Virus record (IMG/VR): IMGVR_UViG_3300021387_000151
Span: 1-42,851 of that record
Direction: 5' to 3' (one strand)
Length of the DNA stretch: 42,851 bases
DNA from: a virus
Shown here: piece by piece, positions 40,574 to 42,851 of the stretch
How positions within the stretch are numbered: position 1 is the stretch's first letter
How the letters are laid out: every line of letters begins with the position of its first letter
Position numbers and translations under genes: made by a program
Notes under the pieces: model-generated
What the model was told of the DNA's origin: nothing
Database searches by the model: none
What the model saw: only the letters and a program-made list of their open reading frames with translations

Positions 40574-41239
40574 ATGGGCATACCTGAGAACATTGACGCT
40601 CTTCTGGTCAAGTTTGATATGACACCAGAAGGTCTAGCTCGAATTGCCGGTGTTACAACAGCTACTGTTTCAAGGTGGAGGACTGGTAGCACCGAAGCTA
40701 TACGCCCTAAAACGTTGAACCGCATATGTGAAGCGCTGGAACTTGAGCCAGATGATATTGTTTCAGATCAAAACGGCCTTGCCGCTAAGGAACACGGTCG
40801 TATTCCAGACGGAGCTATCAAACCCTGTGCTTCTGAACCCGCCTACGCTCCCCTACTAGGCCGCGTCCACGCAGGAGAAGCCCAGGAGCCTGATGTATTG
40901 CAGGATGCAGTACCCGTACCATACGAAATCATCAAGCGCCATCCGCAGGGCTATTTCCTACAGGTGGAGGGCGATTGCATGGATAACGTCTATCCCGAGG
41001 GCTGCTACATCCTCATAGACCCCGAGCAGCGCCCCTCAAACGGCTCTATAGCGGTCGTTAGCATAGATGGAGCCGACTATGTAATGCGCCGCCTGTATCG
41101 CGGTGCCAACACGCTGATACTGTCCCCTGATTCGCATAACGCCGAACACGAGGACATGGTATTTGCCGCCACCACCGAACACACGGTGGAGTTCCACGGC
41201 ACAGTCGTATGGTTCCAATCGTCAAAGGAGATGGAGTAA
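40574..41239 (+). CDS. CI/LexA-like repressor (XRE HTH plus S24 peptidase-like domain) with substituted catalytic positions
   Basis: N-terminal HTH (LARIAGVTTATVSRWRTG). The C-terminal VEGDCM...YILIDPEQ...YVMRRL aligns with lambda CI VEGNSM...LILVDPEQ...FTFKKL. Confidence 0.8.
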   Translation: MGIPENIDALLVKFDMTPEGLARIAGVTTATVSRWRTGSTEAIRPKTLNRICEALELEPDDIVSDQNGLAAKEHGRIPDGAIKPCASEPAYAPLLGRVHAGEAQEPDVLQDAVPVPYEIIKRHPQGYFLQVEGDCMDNVYPEGCYILIDPEQRPSNGSIAVVSIDGADYVMRRLYRGANTLILSPDSHNAEHEDMVFAATTEHTVEFHGTVVWFQSSKEME

Positions 41240-41404
41240 ATGGATAACGACCTTTACAACCAAGGCAAGAAGCTGGAACAGATGGGCAACGCCATGCAAA
41301 GGCAGGGTGACAGCATAGCTAATGCTGGATGCTCCATGACCATTGGTTGCCTGCTGATGTTCATCATCCTGCTATTGATCGTGATGTTCTTCATCTTTAT
41401 CTAG
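41240..41404 (+). CDS. Small tail-anchored membrane protein co-transcribed with the repressor (54 aa, not in the ORF track)
   Basis: The ATG is adjacent to the repressor TAA, with AAAGGAGATGGAG upstream. Translation MDNDLYNQGKKLEQMGNAMQRQGDSIANAGCSMTIGCLLMFIILLLIVMFFIFI. Confidence 0.5.
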   Translation: MDNDLYNQGKKLEQMGNAMQRQGDSIANAGCSMTIGCLLMFIILLLIVMFFIFI

Positions 41405-41441
41405 TCACATAGTCACATAGTCACATAGTCACATAGTCACA
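41402..41441. repeat. Perfect octanucleotide tandem repeat (TAGTCACA)x5
   Basis: Five contiguous identical units. The first unit supplies the stop codon of the small membrane gene. The array lies 100 bp upstream of the integrase. Confidence 0.95.
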
Positions 41442-41540
41442 CATTTAGCCAAGTAACGAAAAAGCGCCCCACCAACCCGCCAAGACCAGTGGAGCGCCAA
41501 CCCTCCTGCAAACTCACGATTAGAAGGGGGTAGGTTCATT

Positions 41541-42671
41541 ATGCCACGTTCATCATGGGGAACCAAAACCAAAATCGACAAGAACAAGTGGCGCATCAGG
41601 TGGTGCGAGTGGGACGGTCTCAACCGCGTTCGCCGCTCAAAGACGCTCTACCCCTGTACCTCGCGCGAAGCCGACGATGAGTTGCGCCGCCTTTGGCAAC
41701 TCCATCACTTACCGCCCAATGAGCGCGTAGTGCCGTGTCCCACGTTCGCCCAATGCTGGGACGAATGGTATTTCCCACAGCTTGAAAAGCAGCTTGAGAC
41801 TGGCGATATGTCGCGCAGCACATTCGTCAACTACCGTAGCGCATGGAGGTCAAAGGTCTCGCCGAAATGGGCAAACGTTGCCATGAATAAAGTGAGAGTT
41901 GAAGAATACCAACGTTGGTTGGACAAGTTCACTGCGGCACAGGCTCACGTCTCGCATATCATCATTCTCAATCTCGTCAACTGTGCGAGACTTCACGATG
42001 TGGACGGCATTTCTTTTATCGATGCAAAATACAAAATGCCGCGCGAAAAGAAAAGCTCAGGCGACAGCGGGCTAGAAGTCTACACGGTAGCCGAAATCGA
42101 CAGCATCCTTGAATCGTTGCGAGGTAGTCGCATCGAGGGCGTTGTGATTCTAATGGCTAAAGGCTCATGTCGTGTTGGCGAAGCAGCGGCAGCAGCGGTG
42201 AAAGACATTACGTTTGATGAATACAATGGTCGCACGTACGCCGTCTACGACCTTTATCACCAGTATTCTCAGCACAATAGCTTTGAACCGCTTAAGACAG
42301 CAGAAAGCCGCCGTGCAATCATCATTCCACCACCATGGAGCTTGCGGCTCGCCGAGATAGCAAAGCAGCGCACAGAAGACCAAGAGCTATACATCTGCGA
42401 CAAAGGCACGGGAATGCCGATTGATCGCAAGAGGATTACAGGTGAGTGGCTCAGCTATTACAGGAATGGAACGATTGACTTGCGCTACCTGACCATGACC
42501 AAGTTGCGCAACTCATGGGCCACGGCAATGCTTTGGAAATACGGAATTCCCGCACAGATGGTGGACAAAATGATGGGCCATGCCGCGAAAAATATTCTCG
42601 GCAAACACTACGACCGCCCCGACAAAGAACTGTTCATCGAGACGGTCGATAAGGCTTACTTCGGAAATTAG
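41541..42671 (+). CDS. int: Tyrosine integrase
   Basis: 376 aa. N-terminal arm-binding-like WRIRW..., C-terminal LRNSWATAML...MGHAAKNILGKHY (R...H..Y region). It sits at the genome end next to repeat-rich non-coding DNA. Confidence 0.8.
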   Translation: MPRSSWGTKTKIDKNKWRIRWCEWDGLNRVRRSKTLYPCTSREADDELRRLWQLHHLPPNERVVPCPTFAQCWDEWYFPQLEKQLETGDMSRSTFVNYRSAWRSKVSPKWANVAMNKVRVEEYQRWLDKFTAAQAHVSHIIILNLVNCARLHDVDGISFIDAKYKMPREKKSSGDSGLEVYTVAEIDSILESLRGSRIEGVVILMAKGSCRVGEAAAAAVKDITFDEYNGRTYAVYDLYHQYSQHNSFEPLKTAESRRAIIIPPPWSLRLAEIAKQRTEDQELYICDKGTGMPIDRKRITGEWLSYYRNGTIDLRYLTMTKLRNSWATAMLWKYGIPAQMVDKMMGHAAKNILGKHYDRPDKELFIETVDKAYFGN

Positions 42672-42744
42672 TTAGGTACCCGTAAGGACAAATTAGGACG
42701 CAAAACCTTTATGCAATCGTTCTACCTGCGGGTTTGTTAAACTA

Positions 42745-42851
42745 CCTTAGTCCTCGGCGAAGTAGTAGATAAGTGTTCTATAGGTCTCCATAGTGCTCCA
42801 TAGTGCAGTTATACGTTTCTATAGGTCTCCATAGTAGTGCATATTTCAGAA
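42745..42851. repeat. Terminal direct repeat, copy 2 (identical to 1..107)
   Basis: Exact 107-bp match to the window start. Confidence 0.95.

Noticed and set aside
41402-41441. CRISPR-like array
   Set aside because: The units are 8 bp and directly contiguous with no spacers, so this is a simple tandem repeat.

Overview
The window holds one complete, self-closing genome of a temperate tailed phage. The unit length is 42,744 bp, and bases 1..107 recur exactly at 42745..42851. The backbone looks high-GC by eye. Genes are Shine-Dalgarno-led with many ATGA/TAATG start-stop overlaps, and almost all lie on the minus strand.

Layout from high to low coordinates:
- Lysogeny switch: integrase 41541..42671 (+), CI/LexA-like repressor 40574..41239 (+), divergent cro-like gene 40217..40453 (-).
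- A 645-bp segment without ORFs but rich in helices (39572..40216).
- Early replication/recombination operon (39571..25579). It carries an excisionase-type HTH, a Sak4-like ATPase, a DUF669/SSB-like protein, an ERCC4-like nuclease, and a primase-polymerase/helicase with an adjacent iteron plus AT-rich origin candidate. It also carries a radical-SAM enzyme, Lar-like and zinc-ribbon proteins, dUTPase, a DUF3310-like protein and an HNH endonuclease.
- A 2.7-kb island on the opposite strand (22789..25490) with seven small genes ending in an HTH gene, its own promoter-like region and a terminator.
- A GC-rich degenerate repeat tract (22395..22620).
- Late operon (22246..203): zinc-ribbon protein, P27-type terS, terL, portal, ClpP-type protease, HK97-type capsid, connectors, tail tube, G/GT chaperone with a -1 slippery site, tape measure, FN3-rich distal tail protein, Tal-like protein, fibres/RBP, XkdX, holin, amidase endolysin.

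I saw no tRNA, rRNA, CRISPR array, transposase or reverse transcriptase.

The best candidates for something new are:
- the ORF-free structured 0.5-0.6 kb segment downstream of cro, a possible large ncRNA or regulatory leader;
- the opposite-strand small-gene island with acr-aca-like architecture;
- a repressor whose S24 catalytic Ser/Lys positions read Cys/Arg;
- several repeat arrays (3x TTCTAGAA, 5x TAGTCACA, CGTGGGCAGGCG family, GTAACG iterons).

All family calls come from motif recognition by eye, and no database search was run. Likely host is a high-GC Gram-positive bacterium; this is a weak inference from composition and the ChW-like endolysin repeats.
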